Origin: Anaeromyxobacteraceae bacterium
GTDB lineage: Bacteria; Myxococcota; Myxococcia; Myxococcales; Anaeromyxobacteraceae
Direction of reading: 5' to 3'
Assembly: GCA_047602405.1 (NCBI GenBank)
Contig: JASGHJ010000001.1
Span: forward strand, 1,696,001 to 1,760,000
Length of the DNA: 64,000 nucleotides
The number at the start of each line of letters is the position of its first letter. Positions within the stretch are counted from its first letter, which is position 1. Shown here one piece after another: positions 1-10,282 of this stretch. A program made the translations under genes and the position numbers. The notes below the pieces were generated by a model. It ran no database searches. It was given only the letters and a program-made list of their open reading frames with translations, and was not told the DNA's origin.

Positions 1-2182
1 GGCGGACGTGGCCGACGCACAGGTCGCCGGCAACGACGTGAAGAAGTACACGAACCTCGTCTTCGCCGGCATCGAGTTCACGGGCGCGAACTCCGTCGAC
101 GCCACGCAGATGACCCATTTCCACCTCGACCTCTGGTCGACCGACGCGACGACCTTCAAGGTGAAGCTCGTCGACTTCGGCGCCGACAACGCCTTCGGCG
201 GCGGCGACGACAAGGAGCACGAGCTCACCTTCCCGGTCACGAAGGACCAGTGGAACGCGGTCGACGTGCCGCTCGCGAACTTCACCGGCCTGACGACGAA
301 GGCGCACCTCGCGCAGATGATCCTCGTCTCCTCGACGGCGACCGTCTACGTCGACAACGTCTACTTCTACAAGGGCGCCGCGCCGCCGCCGCCGGCCGAG
401 CCGACCGCGGCCGCCCCGACGCCCACCCGCGCCGCCGCGGACGTCATCTCGATGTTCAGCGACGCCTACACGAACGTGCCGGTCACGACCTGGCGCACCG
501 ACTGGAGCGGCGCGAGCGTCGTCCTCGCCGAGGTGAACGTCGCCGGCAACGCGACGAAGAAGTACAGCGGCCTCACCTTCGCGGGCGTGCAGATCCCCGA
601 CGCGACGCGGATCGACGCCTCGGCGATGACGAACCTCCACGTGGACGTCTGGACGCCGAACGCCACCAAGTTCGGCGTGAAGCTGGTGAACTTCGGCGCC
701 ACCACGAAGGAGGCGATCGTCAAGTTCGACGCCGCCGCGCTGCCGCAGGGCCAGTGGGTCTCGCTCGACATCCCGCTCAGCTCCTTCACGGGCATGACGT
801 TCGAGGCGCTCGGGCAGCTGCTCTGGCTCGACAACGCGGACGCGGGCGCCGGCGGCGACGAGAGCGGCACGTTCTTCGTCGACAACGTCTACTTCTGGAA
901 GGCGCCCACCACCGGCCCGGCCCCGCTCGCCGTCTTCACCGACGACTACGCGACGGGCGTGACCTTCGCGGGCTTCGGCGGCGCCGACAACGCGGGCCTC
1001 TCGATCGACAACGGCGAGAAGCACGCCGGCACGGCGTCCCTCAAGATCGCCGTCACGGCCGCCGGCTACACGGGTGGCGCGATGGTCTCGGCGACGCCGA
1101 AGGACCTCTCCGCGTACGACGCCGTCACCTTCTGGGCGAAGGCCTCGAAGGCCGTCACGATGGGCAACGCGGGCCTCGGCAACGACGCCGCGGGCGCGCT
1201 CTGGGCGGCGCAGCGGAACTCCATCCCGCTCACCACCACCTGGACGAAGTTCGTCCTCCCCATCCCGCTCGCCTCGAAGCTCACGAGCGTGCCGGGCCTC
1301 TTCCACTTCGCCACCGGCCAGGACGCGGGCCTCATCATCTGGATCGACGACGTGCAGTACGAGGCGCTCGGCGCCGCCGCCCTCGGGACGCCGGTGCCGG
1401 CGATCGCCACCGAGACGAAGCCGCTCGAGGCGGGCGCCACGCTCGGCATCGCCGGCATGTCGGTGACCTACCCCGCGAACGGCGCGAACTGCACGATGGT
1501 CGAGGTGAGCCGCCGCTACTTCACCTGGGCGACCTCGAACGCCGCCGCCGCCACGGTGGACGCGACCGGCACCGTCACCGGCGTCGCCGCCGGCACGGCC
1601 GACATCACCGCGAAGCTCGGCGCGATCGACGCGAACGGCAAGACGACCGTGAACGTCACCGCGTCCCAGGCGCCCGCGGCGGCCGCGCCCGCGCCGTCCG
1701 CCTCCGCGGCGAACGTCATCTCGCTCTTCAGCGACGCCTACACGAACGTGCCGGTCACGACCTGGCGCACCGACTGGAGCGGCGGCAGCGTCGTGCTGAC
1801 CGATCTCACGATCGGTGGGAACGCGACCAAGAAGTACTCCGGCCTGACCTACGTCGGCGTCCAGATCCCGGATGCCAGCAAGGTCGACGCCTCCGGGATG
1901 ACCCACTTCCACGTGGACGTGTGGACGCCCAACGCGAGCAAGTTCGGGGTGAAGCTGGTGAACTTCGGCGCGACGACGAAGGAGGCCATCGTGGCCTTCA
2001 ACTCGAGCACGATCGTGCAGGGGCAGTGGGTCTCCCTCGACATCCCGCTCAGCTCGTTCGCCGGGATGACCTTCGAGGCGATCGGGCAGATCCTCTTCCT
2101 CGACAACGCCGACGCGGGCGGGACCCCGGCAGGCGACGAGGGCGGCACCTTCTTCGTCGACAACGTGTACTTCCACAAGTAG
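1..2182 (+). CDS. 5'-truncated multi-module secreted carbohydrate-binding/Ig-like protein (3 copies of a ~150-aa beta-rich module, one CBM-like module, one Big_2-like module)
   Basis: Open frame from window edge; modules starting VIS[ML]FSDAYTNVPVTTWRTDWSG and ending VDNVYF[YWH]K, joined by Pro/Ala/Thr linkers; WATSNAAAATVDATGTVTGVAAGTADITAK is Big_2-like. Confidence 0.75.
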   Translation, partial: ADVADAQVAGNDVKKYTNLVFAGIEFTGANSVDATQMTHFHLDLWSTDATTFKVKLVDFGADNAFGGGDDKEHELTFPVTKDQWNAVDVPLANFTGLTTKAHLAQMILVSSTATVYVDNVYFYKGAAPPPPAEPTAAAPTPTRAAADVISMFSDAYTNVPVTTWRTDWSGASVVLAEVNVAGNATKKYSGLTFAGVQIPDATRIDASAMTNLHVDVWTPNATKFGVKLVNFGATTKEAIVKFDAAALPQGQWVSLDIPLSSFTGMTFEALGQLLWLDNADAGAGGDESGTFFVDNVYFWKAPTTGPAPLAVFTDDYATGVTFAGFGGADNAGLSIDNGEKHAGTASLKIAVTAAGYTGGAMVSATPKDLSAYDAVTFWAKASKAVTMGNAGLGNDAAGALWAAQRNSIPLTTTWTKFVLPIPLASKLTSVPGLFHFATGQDAGLIIWIDDVQYEALGAAALGTPVPAIATETKPLEAGATLGIAGMSVTYPANGANCTMVEVSRRYFTWATSNAAAATVDATGTVTGVAAGTADITAKLGAIDANGKTTVNVTASQAPAAAAPAPSASAANVISLFSDAYTNVPVTTWRTDWSGGSVVLTDLTIGGNATKKYSGLTYVGVQIPDASKVDASGMTHFHVDVWTPNASKFGVKLVNFGATTKEAIVAFNSSTIVQGQWVSLDIPLSSFAGMTFEAIGQILFLDNADAGGTPAGDEGGTFFVDNVYFHK

Positions 2183-2190
2183 CTGCGGGG

Positions 2191-2236
2191 CGCCCGGCGC
2201 CGCCCGCTGGTACTCGGGGGCGGGCGGCGCCGGGCG
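2191..2236 (+). terminator. 17-bp perfect stem-loop after the first gene (terminator or mRNA stabiliser)
   Basis: CGCCCGGCGCCGCCCGC-12 nt-GCGGGCGGCGCCGGGCG followed by AGCTTTC. Confidence 0.6.
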
Positions 2237-2288
2237 AGCTTTCAGGGGTGGTGGCAAGGCGGAGGCGTTCGTGATTGGCTCGGCGCAG

Positions 2289-3515
2289 ATGAAGCCACAG
2301 CGAAGGTCTCCCGCGCCGGCTCCGCCCCCGCCGCCCCGGCCGTACGCCCGCGCGGTCCTCGGCCTCATCTGGCGCGAGCAGCGGATCTCCCGGGCCGAGA
2401 TCGCCCGGCGGCTCGAACTGTCCCGCTCCACGGTCTCCGAGATCGTGAACGAGCTGCTCGAGACCGGGCTCGTCGAGGAGAAGGGCGCCGGCGAGTCGCG
2501 CGGCGGCCGCCGGCCCATCGTGCTCGAGTTCCGGGACGACGCGTTCGGCATCGTCGGCGTGGACCTCGGCGCCGCCCACGTCTCCGTCGCCATCACCGAC
2601 CTGCGCGGCAAGGTGCTCGCCTGGCAGGAGCGGCCGCAGGACGTCCGCGGCGACCCCGAGGGCACCCGCGCGCTCGTCGCGAAGCTCGTCGACGCCTGCG
2701 TCGCGAGGTGGGGGAAGCCCGCGGACCGCCTCGTCGGCATCGGCGTGGCGGTGGCCTCCCCGGTCGACCCGCACCGGCCCGGCGAGCTGTCCGACCGCGT
2801 GCTGCCGGCCTGGGGCGGGAAGCTCGGCCTCGACGGCCTCTCCCAGCGCCTCGGCGTGCCGCTCCTCGTCGACAACGACGCGAACCTCGGCGCGCTGGCC
2901 GAGCGGTGGTGGGGCGCGGGGCAGGGCGTCGACGACTTCGCCTTCATCAAGGTCGCGACCGGCGTCGGCTCGGGCCACATCATCGACGGGAAGATCTACC
3001 GCGGCGCGCAGGGGCTCGCGGGGGAGCTCGGCCACCTCGCGCTCGATCCGCACGGCCCGCCGTGCGTCTGCGGCCTGCGCGGCTGCCTCGTCACCTTCGT
3101 GGGCGCCCAGGCGCTCATCTCGCGGGCGAACACGCTGCTCGTGAAGCAGCCCTCCGCGCTCAAGGGCAAGCAGGTCACCATCGGCGCGCTCGTCGACGCC
3201 GCGCTCGCGGGCGACGCGCTCGCCCGCCAGGTCGTCCGCGAGGCCGCCGAGCAGCTCGGCGTCGCCGTCGCCGGCATGCTCAACCTCATGAACCCGGCGC
3301 TCGTCATCGTGGGGGGCGGCCTCGCCCGCCTCGGCGAGCTCCTCCTCGAGCCGCTCCGCAAGAGCGTCAACTCCCGCACCCTCGTCACCTCGCTCTCCGG
3401 CTCGCGCATCGTGGCCTCCGCCCTCGGCGGCCAGGACGTGGCGGTCGGCGCGGCCACGATGGTCCTGCAGGCCGCGCTCGAGGACCACCGCCGCTTCCCC
3501 GTCGCCGCGGGCTGA
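2289..3515 (+). CDS. ROK-family transcriptional repressor (XylR/NagC-like)
   Basis: N-terminal HTH (ISRAEIARRLELSRSTVSEIV..GGRRP), GVDLG, DNDAN, GELGH and CxCGxxGC zinc motif; start 2271 or 2289. Confidence 0.92.
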   Translation: MKPQRRSPAPAPPPPPRPYARAVLGLIWREQRISRAEIARRLELSRSTVSEIVNELLETGLVEEKGAGESRGGRRPIVLEFRDDAFGIVGVDLGAAHVSVAITDLRGKVLAWQERPQDVRGDPEGTRALVAKLVDACVARWGKPADRLVGIGVAVASPVDPHRPGELSDRVLPAWGGKLGLDGLSQRLGVPLLVDNDANLGALAERWWGAGQGVDDFAFIKVATGVGSGHIIDGKIYRGAQGLAGELGHLALDPHGPPCVCGLRGCLVTFVGAQALISRANTLLVKQPSALKGKQVTIGALVDAALAGDALARQVVREAAEQLGVAVAGMLNLMNPALVIVGGGLARLGELLLEPLRKSVNSRTLVTSLSGSRIVASALGGQDVAVGAATMVLQAALEDHRRFPVAAG

Positions 3516-3530
3516 CGCCGAGACCCCTCC

Positions 3531-4386
3531 ATGCACACACCCAGGTCACCCCTCGCCCGCGCCGGCCTCGTCGCGCTCCTCTTCCTCTCCGCCGGCTGGG
3601 GCCGCTGCGAGGGCACGAGCGTGCCCGACCCCGTGACCCGCCCCACGAGCTGGAACCTCGTCTGGCAGGACGACTTCGAGGGCACCTCCGGAACCGCGCC
3701 CTCGGCGGCCTACTGGACCCCCGAGACCGGCGGCGGCGGCTGGGGCAACAACGAGCTGCAGTACTACACCGACCGCCCGGTGAACGCGGCGCTCGACGGG
3801 GAGGGCCACCTCGCCATCGTCGCGCGGCAGGAGAGCTTCGGCGGCCGCAACTACACCTCCGCGCGGCTCATCACGAGGGGCAAGGTCGAGCGCACGTACG
3901 GGAAGGTCGAGGCCCGCCTCAAGCTCCCGAGCGGCCAGGGCCTGTGGCCGGCGTTCTGGATGCTGGGCGCGGACATCTCGAGCGTCGGCTGGCCGAAGTC
4001 CGGCGAGATTCGACATCATGGAGTTCCGCGGGCAGGAGCCGCGCTTCACCTTCGGCACGGTCCACGGCCCCGGCTACTCGGGCGGGCAGTCCATCGGGAT
4101 GCGGTACCAGATCCCCGCGAGCACGACCGCCCTCGACCAGGACTTCCACGTCTACGCGGTCGAGTGGAACCCCGGCCTGATCGTCTTCTCCCTCGACGGC
4201 TACGAGTTCTTCTCGGTGCGCCCGTCCGACCTCCCGGGCGGCGCCGACTGGGTGTTCGACAAGCCCTTCTTCATCCTCCTCAACGTCGCGGTCGGCGGGA
4301 ACTTCGTCGGGCCGGTGGGCGCGGGCGTGTCCTTCCCGCAGACCATGCTCGTCGACTGGGTGAAGGTCTGGGAGGCCGCTCCGTGA
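3531..4386 (+). CDS. Glycoside hydrolase family 16 (laminarinase-like), +1 frameshift at ~4009
   Basis: WNLVWQDDF, GWGNNELQYY, YTSARL, GLWPAFWMLG; removing one T from GAGATTCGACATCATGGAG restores catalytic EIDIME and joins the 4018-4386 frame (FHVYAVEW, PFFILLNVAVGG). Confidence 0.9.
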
Positions 4387-6071
4387 CTCGCGCGGCCGCC
4401 GCCCTCGCGCTCGCCGCGCTCGCGGCCGGGTGCGTGCGCGAGCGGCCGCCGCCGCCGCCCGGCGTGCTCACCGTCTCGGTCGAGCAGGAGGCGAGCTGGA
4501 TCCGCAACTTCAACCCGCTCACGCCCGCGACCGCGGCGCGCTGGCCCACGCTCGCCGGCGTCTACGAGCCGCTCATGGTCTACAGCGCGGTGCGGGGCGA
4601 GATGGTGCCCTGGCTCGCGACGGGGCACGCGTGGTCGGCGGACCACCGGACGCTCGCGCTCACGCTCCGCGACGGGGTGCGGTGGTCGGACGGCCAGCCC
4701 TTCGGGGCGCGCGACGTGGCGTTCACGTTCGAGCTGATGCACCGGTTCCCCGCGCTCGACAAGCGCGGGCTCTGGCAGGTGCTGGAGGCGGTGCGCGCGA
4801 CCGGGCCGCTCGCGGTCGAGGTGAGGCTGAAGCGCCCGTTCCTGCCGGCGTACGAGGACGTGGTCAACCAGCTCATCGTCCCGGAGCACGTCTGGAAGGA
4901 CGTGGCCGACCCGGTGGGCTTCCCGAACGAGCACCCGGTCGCGACCGGCCCGTTCACCGAGGTCTCGGTCTTCCAGAACCAGGTCTACGAGCTGCGCCGG
5001 AACCCGCACTACTGGCAGCCCGGGAAGCCGCGCCTCGACGCCCTGCGCTTCCCGGCGTACCCGTCGAACGAGCGCGCCAACCTCGGCCTCGTCTTCGGCG
5101 AGGTGGACTGGGCGGCGAACTTCGTCCCGGCCATCGACCGCGTCTTCGTGAAGCGCGATCCGGCACACCACGCCTACTGGTTCCCGCTCACCGGCACCTC
5201 GATCTTCCTCTACGCCAACACCACCCGCGCGCCGTTCGGCGACGTCCGGGTGAGGAAGGCGCTCTCGATGGCGATCGACCGGAAGCTCCTCGTCGACGTC
5301 GCCCTCTACCACTACTCGCGCCCCTCCGACGCGACCGCGCTCTCCGACGCCTACGCGACCTGGCGCGACCCCGAGGTCGCGAGGGGCGACTGGGTGACGT
5401 TCGACACGCGCCGCGCGAACGCGCTCCTCGACGAGGCGGGGCTGGCGCGCGGCCCGGACGGCGTGCGCCGCCTGCCCGACGGGCGCCCGCTCGAGTACGA
5501 GGTGCTCTCGGTGTCCGGCTGGTCGGACTGGGTCCGCGCGGCGCAGGTCATCGCGCGCAACCTGCGCGAGGTCGGCGTCGCCGCGAAGGTGCGGACCTAC
5601 GACTTCGCCGCCTGGTTCCAGCGCGTGCAGGAGGGCGACTTCGACCTCACCCTCGGCTGGTCGTTCGAGGGGCCGACGCCCTACACCTTCTACCGGTGGC
5701 TCATGGCGACGGCGACCGTGAAGCCGGCGGGGCAGCTCTCGATGGCGAACTGGCACCGCTACGGCTCGAGGCGGGCCGACGCGCTCCTCGCCGCGTTCGA
5801 GCAGGCGTTCGAGGAGCCGGAGCAGCGCCGGCTCTCGGTGGAGCTGCAGCGGACCTTCTCCGACGAGGCGCCCGCGATCCCGCTCTACCCGAACCCGAGC
5901 TGGGCCGCGTTCTCGACCGCGCGCGTGAAGGGCTTCCCCACCGCGGCGGCGCCCTACGCCGACCCGTCGCCCAACAAGTTCGACCGCGGCGAGCCGCTCC
6001 TCGTGCTCGTCGAGCTCGAGGCCGCGACACCGCGGGTGGCGAGCGCCGCAGCGCCCGCGGGGGGCCGCTGA
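4383..6071 (+). CDS. ABC transporter substrate-binding lipoprotein, family 5 (OppA/DppA-like, probably binds oligosaccharide)
   Basis: GTGA overlap with GH16 stop; lipobox LAAGC; NFNP, LRDGVRWSDGQPF, GPF, VRKALSMAIDR. Confidence 0.88.
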   Translation: MTRAAAALALAALAAGCVRERPPPPPGVLTVSVEQEASWIRNFNPLTPATAARWPTLAGVYEPLMVYSAVRGEMVPWLATGHAWSADHRTLALTLRDGVRWSDGQPFGARDVAFTFELMHRFPALDKRGLWQVLEAVRATGPLAVEVRLKRPFLPAYEDVVNQLIVPEHVWKDVADPVGFPNEHPVATGPFTEVSVFQNQVYELRRNPHYWQPGKPRLDALRFPAYPSNERANLGLVFGEVDWAANFVPAIDRVFVKRDPAHHAYWFPLTGTSIFLYANTTRAPFGDVRVRKALSMAIDRKLLVDVALYHYSRPSDATALSDAYATWRDPEVARGDWVTFDTRRANALLDEAGLARGPDGVRRLPDGRPLEYEVLSVSGWSDWVRAAQVIARNLREVGVAAKVRTYDFAAWFQRVQEGDFDLTLGWSFEGPTPYTFYRWLMATATVKPAGQLSMANWHRYGSRRADALLAAFEQAFEEPEQRRLSVELQRTFSDEAPAIPLYPNPSWAAFSTARVKGFPTAAAPYADPSPNKFDRGEPLLVLVELEAATPRVASAAAPAGGR

Positions 6072-6072
6072 C

Positions 6073-7056
6073 GTGCGCTACGCCCTCCGCCGGCTCGGCT
6101 TCTACCTCCTCGCGGCCTGGTTCGCGCTGACGCTCAACTTCTTCCTGCCGCGGCTCATGCCGGGCGACCCCGCCACCGCGCTCTTCGCGCGGTTCAAGGG
6201 GCGGCTCGCGCCGGAGACCATGGCCGCGCTCCGCCAGGCGTTCGGCCTCACCGACGCGCCGCTCCTCTCGCAGTACCTCACCTACCTGCGCCACGCGCTC
6301 GCGGGCGACCTCGGGGTCTCGGTCGCGTACTTCCCGGCGCCGGTCTCCCAGGTCATCGGCACCGGCCTCCTCTGGACGATCTTCCTGGCCGGCACCGCGG
6401 TGGTGATCTCCTTCGTCATCGGCACGCTCCTCGGCGTCGCGACCGCCTGGTGGCGCGGCGGCGTCGCCGACACCGTGCTGCCCCCGCTGCTCGCGTTCCT
6501 GGGCGCCTTCCCCTACTTCTGGCTCGCGATGGTGAGCCTGTACGTGCTCGGCTTCCAGTGGCGGCTCTTCCCGCTCGGCCACGCCTACGGCGACGACCTC
6601 ACCCCCTCGTGGACGTTGGGCTTCGCGCTGGACGTGTGGCGGCACGCGGCGCTGCCCATCGCGTCGGTCGTCGTCGCGACCACCGGCGGCTGGATGCTCT
6701 CGATGCGCAACACGATGATGACAGTGCTCGGCGCCGACTTCGTGAACCTCGCGCGCGCGAAGGGGCTCCCGGAGCGCCGGGTGGTGCTGCGCTACGCGGC
6801 CCGGAACGCGCTCCTCCCGAGCATCACCGGCTTCGGCATGGCGCTCGGCTTCGTGCTCGGCGGCTCGCTCCTCACCGAGATCGTCTTCTCCTACCCGGGG
6901 CAGGGCTACCTGCTCGTGCAGGCGGTCCGCAACCAGGACTACCCGCTCATGCAGGGCATCTTCCTCGTGATCACGCTCGCGGTGCTCGGGGCCAACTGGC
7001 TCGTCGACCTCGTGAACCTCGTCCTGGATCCGCGCGCGCGGGAGGGCTCGGCGTGA
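6073..7056 (+). CDS. ABC transporter permease (OppB-like)
   Basis: LNFFLPRLMPGDP, ARAKGL, YAARNALLP, LDPR. Confidence 0.92.
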   Translation: MRYALRRLGFYLLAAWFALTLNFFLPRLMPGDPATALFARFKGRLAPETMAALRQAFGLTDAPLLSQYLTYLRHALAGDLGVSVAYFPAPVSQVIGTGLLWTIFLAGTAVVISFVIGTLLGVATAWWRGGVADTVLPPLLAFLGAFPYFWLAMVSLYVLGFQWRLFPLGHAYGDDLTPSWTLGFALDVWRHAALPIASVVVATTGGWMLSMRNTMMTVLGADFVNLARAKGLPERRVVLRYAARNALLPSITGFGMALGFVLGGSLLTEIVFSYPGQGYLLVQAVRNQDYPLMQGIFLVITLAVLGANWLVDLVNLVLDPRAREGSA

Positions 7057-8018
7057 GCGCCGGCGCCCCCTCGACGGGCCTCGCCGCCCTGTGGGCCTCC
7101 ATCCGGCGCGACCGGAAGGCGACCGCGGGCGCCTGGGTCCTCGCGGCCTTCGTCCTGCTCGCCGTCGCCGGGCCGTGGCTCGTGGGCGACCCCGACGCGC
7201 TCGTCGGCGTCCCGCACCTGCCGCCCTCGGCCGCGCACTGGCTCGGCACGACCGGGCAGGGCCAGGACGTGCTCGCCCAGACCGTGGCCGGAACGCGGGT
7301 CTCGCTCGCCATCGGCTTCGGGGTGGGGCTCCTCGTCGTGGCGGTGGGGGCGGTCCTCGGCGTCGTCGCGGGCTACGCCGGCGGGAGGATCGACGCGGGG
7401 CTGTCGCTCCTCGTGAACGTGTTCCTCGTGCTCCCCGGCCTGCCGCTCGCCATCGTCATCGCGGCCTACCTGCCCTCCGGGCCGTTCACCGTCGCGCTCG
7501 TGCTGGCGGTGACCGGCTGGGCCTGGAACGCCCGGGTCGTGCGCGCCCAGACGCTCGCGCTCCGGCAGCGCGACTTCGTGGCGGCCGCGATCGTCTCGGG
7601 CGAGAGCGCGCTCCGCATCGTGCTCCGGGAGCTCCTCCCCAACATGACCTCGCTCCTCGTGGCGCAGGTCATCGGCTCGACCGTCTACGCCATCGGCGCC
7701 CAGGTCGGCCTCGAGTTCCTTGGCCTCGGCGACGTCTCGCGCGCGACCTGGGGTACGAACCTCTACTGGGCGGCGAACGACTCGGCGCTCCTCACCGGCG
7801 CGTGGTGGACCTTCGTGCCGACGGGCCTCTGCGTCGCGCTCGTCGGCTTCGCGCTCACGCTCCTCAACTCCGGCTTCGACGAGGTGACGAGCCCGCGGCT
7901 CGTGCTCGAGCGCTCGTGGCGCGGGTGGCTCCTCGGCCATGGCCTCAGGCCCGGGCGGTCGACGCCGGTCGTGCCGGTCGCCGACGCGGCGCGCCCCGCG
8001 GAGGCCCCTCGTGGCTGA
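7053..8018 (+). CDS. ABC transporter permease (OppC-like)
   Basis: GTGA overlap; PPSAAHWLGTTGQGQDV, EAA-like loop RDFVAAAIVSGES, ELLPN. Confidence 0.9.
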   Translation: MSAGAPSTGLAALWASIRRDRKATAGAWVLAAFVLLAVAGPWLVGDPDALVGVPHLPPSAAHWLGTTGQGQDVLAQTVAGTRVSLAIGFGVGLLVVAVGAVLGVVAGYAGGRIDAGLSLLVNVFLVLPGLPLAIVIAAYLPSGPFTVALVLAVTGWAWNARVVRAQTLALRQRDFVAAAIVSGESALRIVLRELLPNMTSLLVAQVIGSTVYAIGAQVGLEFLGLGDVSRATWGTNLYWAANDSALLTGAWWTFVPTGLCVALVGFALTLLNSGFDEVTSPRLVLERSWRGWLLGHGLRPGRSTPVVPVADAARPAEAPRG

Positions 8019-8976
8019 GCCCCTCCTCGCCATCCGCGAGCTGTGCGTCGACTACGTGACCTCGCCGGGCACGTCCGTCCGCGCGCTCGACCGGGTCTCG
8101 CTCGACGTCATGCCGGGCGAGATCCTCGGGATCGCCGGGGAGTCCGGCAGCGGCAAGTCCACGCTCGCCCAGGCGGTGCTGCGGATCCTGCCCGCGCCCG
8201 CCGTCATCACCGGCGGGAGCGTCCGCTTCGAGGGGAAGGACCTCCTCGCGCTGTCCGACCCGGAGCTGCGGGCGCTGCGCTGGCGGCGCATGGCGATGGT
8301 CTTCCAGAGCGCGATGGACGCGCTCAACCCGGTGCTCACCGTGGGCGAGCAGCTCCTCGACACGCTCGCCGCCCACGGCGCCGCGCCCACCCGCGCCGCC
8401 GCCCGCGAGCGCGCCGCGCACCTCCTCGGCCTCGTCGGCATCCCGTCCGACCGGCTCGCGTCCTACCCGCACCAGCTCTCGGGCGGCATGCGGCAGCGGG
8501 TCGGCATCGCCCTCGGGCTCGCGCTCGAGCCGTCGCTCGTGATCCTCGACGAGCCGACCACCGCGCTCGACGTCGTCGTCGAGCGGGAGATCCTGCACGA
8601 GGTGCTGGAGCTCCGCCGGAAGCTCGGGTTCGCGGTGCTCTTCATCACCCACGACCTCACCCGCATGCTCCAGCTCTCGGATCGCGTGGCCGTGTTCTAC
8701 GCCGCGCGGCTCGCCGAGGTCGGCCCCGCCGCCGCGCTGCGGGCCGGGCCCCGCCACCCGTACACGCAGGCCCTGCTGAACGCCTTCCCGTCGCTGCACG
8801 GGGACCGCACGAAGCTCGAGAGCATCCCGGGCGCGCCGCCCAGCCTGCGGAGCCCGCCGCCGGGCTGCCGGTTCCAGCCCCGCTGCTCCGTGGCCGAGGA
8901 CCGCTGCGGCGCCGGGGCGCCCCCGCTCGTGCCGCTCGGCCCGGGCGCGGCGGCGGCGTGCTTCAGGGTGGGGTGA
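8011..8976 (+). CDS. ABC transporter ATP-binding protein (OppD-like)
   Basis: GESGSGKS, LSGGMRQR, ILDEPTTALD, HPYT, GCRFQPRC. Confidence 0.92.
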   Translation: MAEPLLAIRELCVDYVTSPGTSVRALDRVSLDVMPGEILGIAGESGSGKSTLAQAVLRILPAPAVITGGSVRFEGKDLLALSDPELRALRWRRMAMVFQSAMDALNPVLTVGEQLLDTLAAHGAAPTRAAARERAAHLLGLVGIPSDRLASYPHQLSGGMRQRVGIALGLALEPSLVILDEPTTALDVVVEREILHEVLELRRKLGFAVLFITHDLTRMLQLSDRVAVFYAARLAEVGPAAALRAGPRHPYTQALLNAFPSLHGDRTKLESIPGAPPSLRSPPPGCRFQPRCSVAEDRCGAGAPPLVPLGPGAAAACFRVG

Positions 8977-8983
8977 GCGAGCC

Positions 8984-9889
8984 TCAGCGGCCGCGCGCCC
9001 CGAACTCCCGCGCGGCGTCCACGAACGCGCGGAACGCGGGCGAAACCTGGGCCCGGCTCGGGAAGTAGAGGAAGAACCCGGGCACCTCGGCCGCGTACGG
9101 CTCCAGCACCACCCGGAGCTTCCCGCGCTTCAGCTCCTCCTCGATGAGCGGCTCGAACAGATAGGCGAGCCCGACGCCGGCGAGCGCCAGCGCGTGGGTG
9201 AGGGCGGGGTCGGCCGTCGTCACGGGTCCCTGCACCGGGACCCGCCACGTCTTCTTGCCCCGCTCGAGCTCCCAGGCGTAGCGGGTGCCGCCGGGCGAGG
9301 ACTTGATGCCGATGCAGTCGTGCTGGAGGAGGTCCTCCGGCCTTGCCGGCGGCCCGCGCCGCGCGAGGTACGCCGGCGAGCCGGCGACCACGAAGCGTGC
9401 GGGGGGCGTGAGGCGGACGTGCACCATGTCCCGCTCGAGCGCCTCGTGGAGCCGGATGCCGGCGTCGAGCCCCTCCGCGACGATGTCCACGAAGCGGTTG
9501 TCGGCGTGGACCTCGACCTCGACCTTCGGGTGGCGCTCCACGAAGCGGGGGAGCATCCGCTCGAGCACGAGGGGGATGGCGATGGTGGGCACCGAGAGCC
9601 GGACGCGGCCCGTGAGCTCGCCCGGTCGCGCGGTCGCGTTGCGGAGCGACTCGAGCGCCTGGTCCACCGCGGGACCCCCGTGCTCGAGGAGCCGCTGGCC
9701 CGCCTCGGTGAGGGCGACGCTCCGGGAGGTCCGGGTGAGGAGCGTCACGCCGAGCCGCTGCTCGAGCTGCTTCACCGACTGGCTGAGCGCGGAGGTCGAG
9801 ACGCCCTGGTCGCGCGCGGCGGCCGCGAAGCTCCTCCGCCGGGCGACCGCGAGGAAGGCGTTGAGCGCGTTGAGCGGGGTGAACGCCAC
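8984..9889 (-). CDS. LysR-family transcriptional regulator
   Basis: SFAAAARDQGVSTSALSQSVKQLEQRLGVTLLTRTSRSVALTEAG. Confidence 0.93.
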   Translation of the reverse strand: MAFTPLNALNAFLAVARRRSFAAAARDQGVSTSALSQSVKQLEQRLGVTLLTRTSRSVALTEAGQRLLEHGGPAVDQALESLRNATARPGELTGRVRLSVPTIAIPLVLERMLPRFVERHPKVEVEVHADNRFVDIVAEGLDAGIRLHEALERDMVHVRLTPPARFVVAGSPAYLARRGPPARPEDLLQHDCIGIKSSPGGTRYAWELERGKKTWRVPVQGPVTTADPALTHALALAGVGLAYLFEPLIEEELKRGKLRVVLEPYAAEVPGFFLYFPSRAQVSPAFRAFVDAAREFGARGR

Positions 9890-9929
9890 GTGCGGTCCTC
9901 CACGGCCGTCAGGCCGGCCAGCGTGCCCT

Positions 9930-10282
9930 TCATCCGCGGCTGACGCCCAGGCTCTCCCGGACGTGGAGCCCCGGCGTCGTCACCAGCTTCCCGACGAGGT
10001 CCGAGAGGCTGTCGAGCGAGACGTCGTGGCCCACGAACGGCTCGCCCTTCCTCGTGAGCGCGTACCTCACCTCGGGTTCCCGGGTGAACCAGCCGGGCCG
10101 GAGGAGGGTGTACTCCAGATCGCTCGCCTCGATCACGCGCGCCGAGTCGCGGTACGGGTCGAGGACGCTCCGGTACCGCTCCCCGGGCACCTCGCCGTAG
10201 ATCCCCATCGAGCTCACGAACGGATGCGGGTGGTGTTCCGGGCGAGCTGGCCGTTCGCCCCGAGGACGAGGACGCGGGTCAT
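9930..10282 (-). pseudogene. NAD(P)H-binding (atypical SDR) protein, internally deleted and frameshifted
   Basis: MTRVLVLGANGQLARNTTR (Rossmann start, ATGA-coupled to upstream gene) jumps directly, in another frame, to FVSSMGIYGEV...LRPGWF; the middle of the domain is missing. Confidence 0.75.

Noticed and set aside
4000..4020. Programmed ribosomal frameshift or phase variation in GH16
   Set aside because: No slippery heptamer, homopolymer or SSR; the same kind of lesion occurs in unrelated genes
3531..6071. 846-aa GH16/solute-binding-protein fusion in the ORF track
   Set aside because: Artefact of the +1 base at ~4009; GH16 has its own stop at 4386 and the binding protein has its own GTG and lipobox
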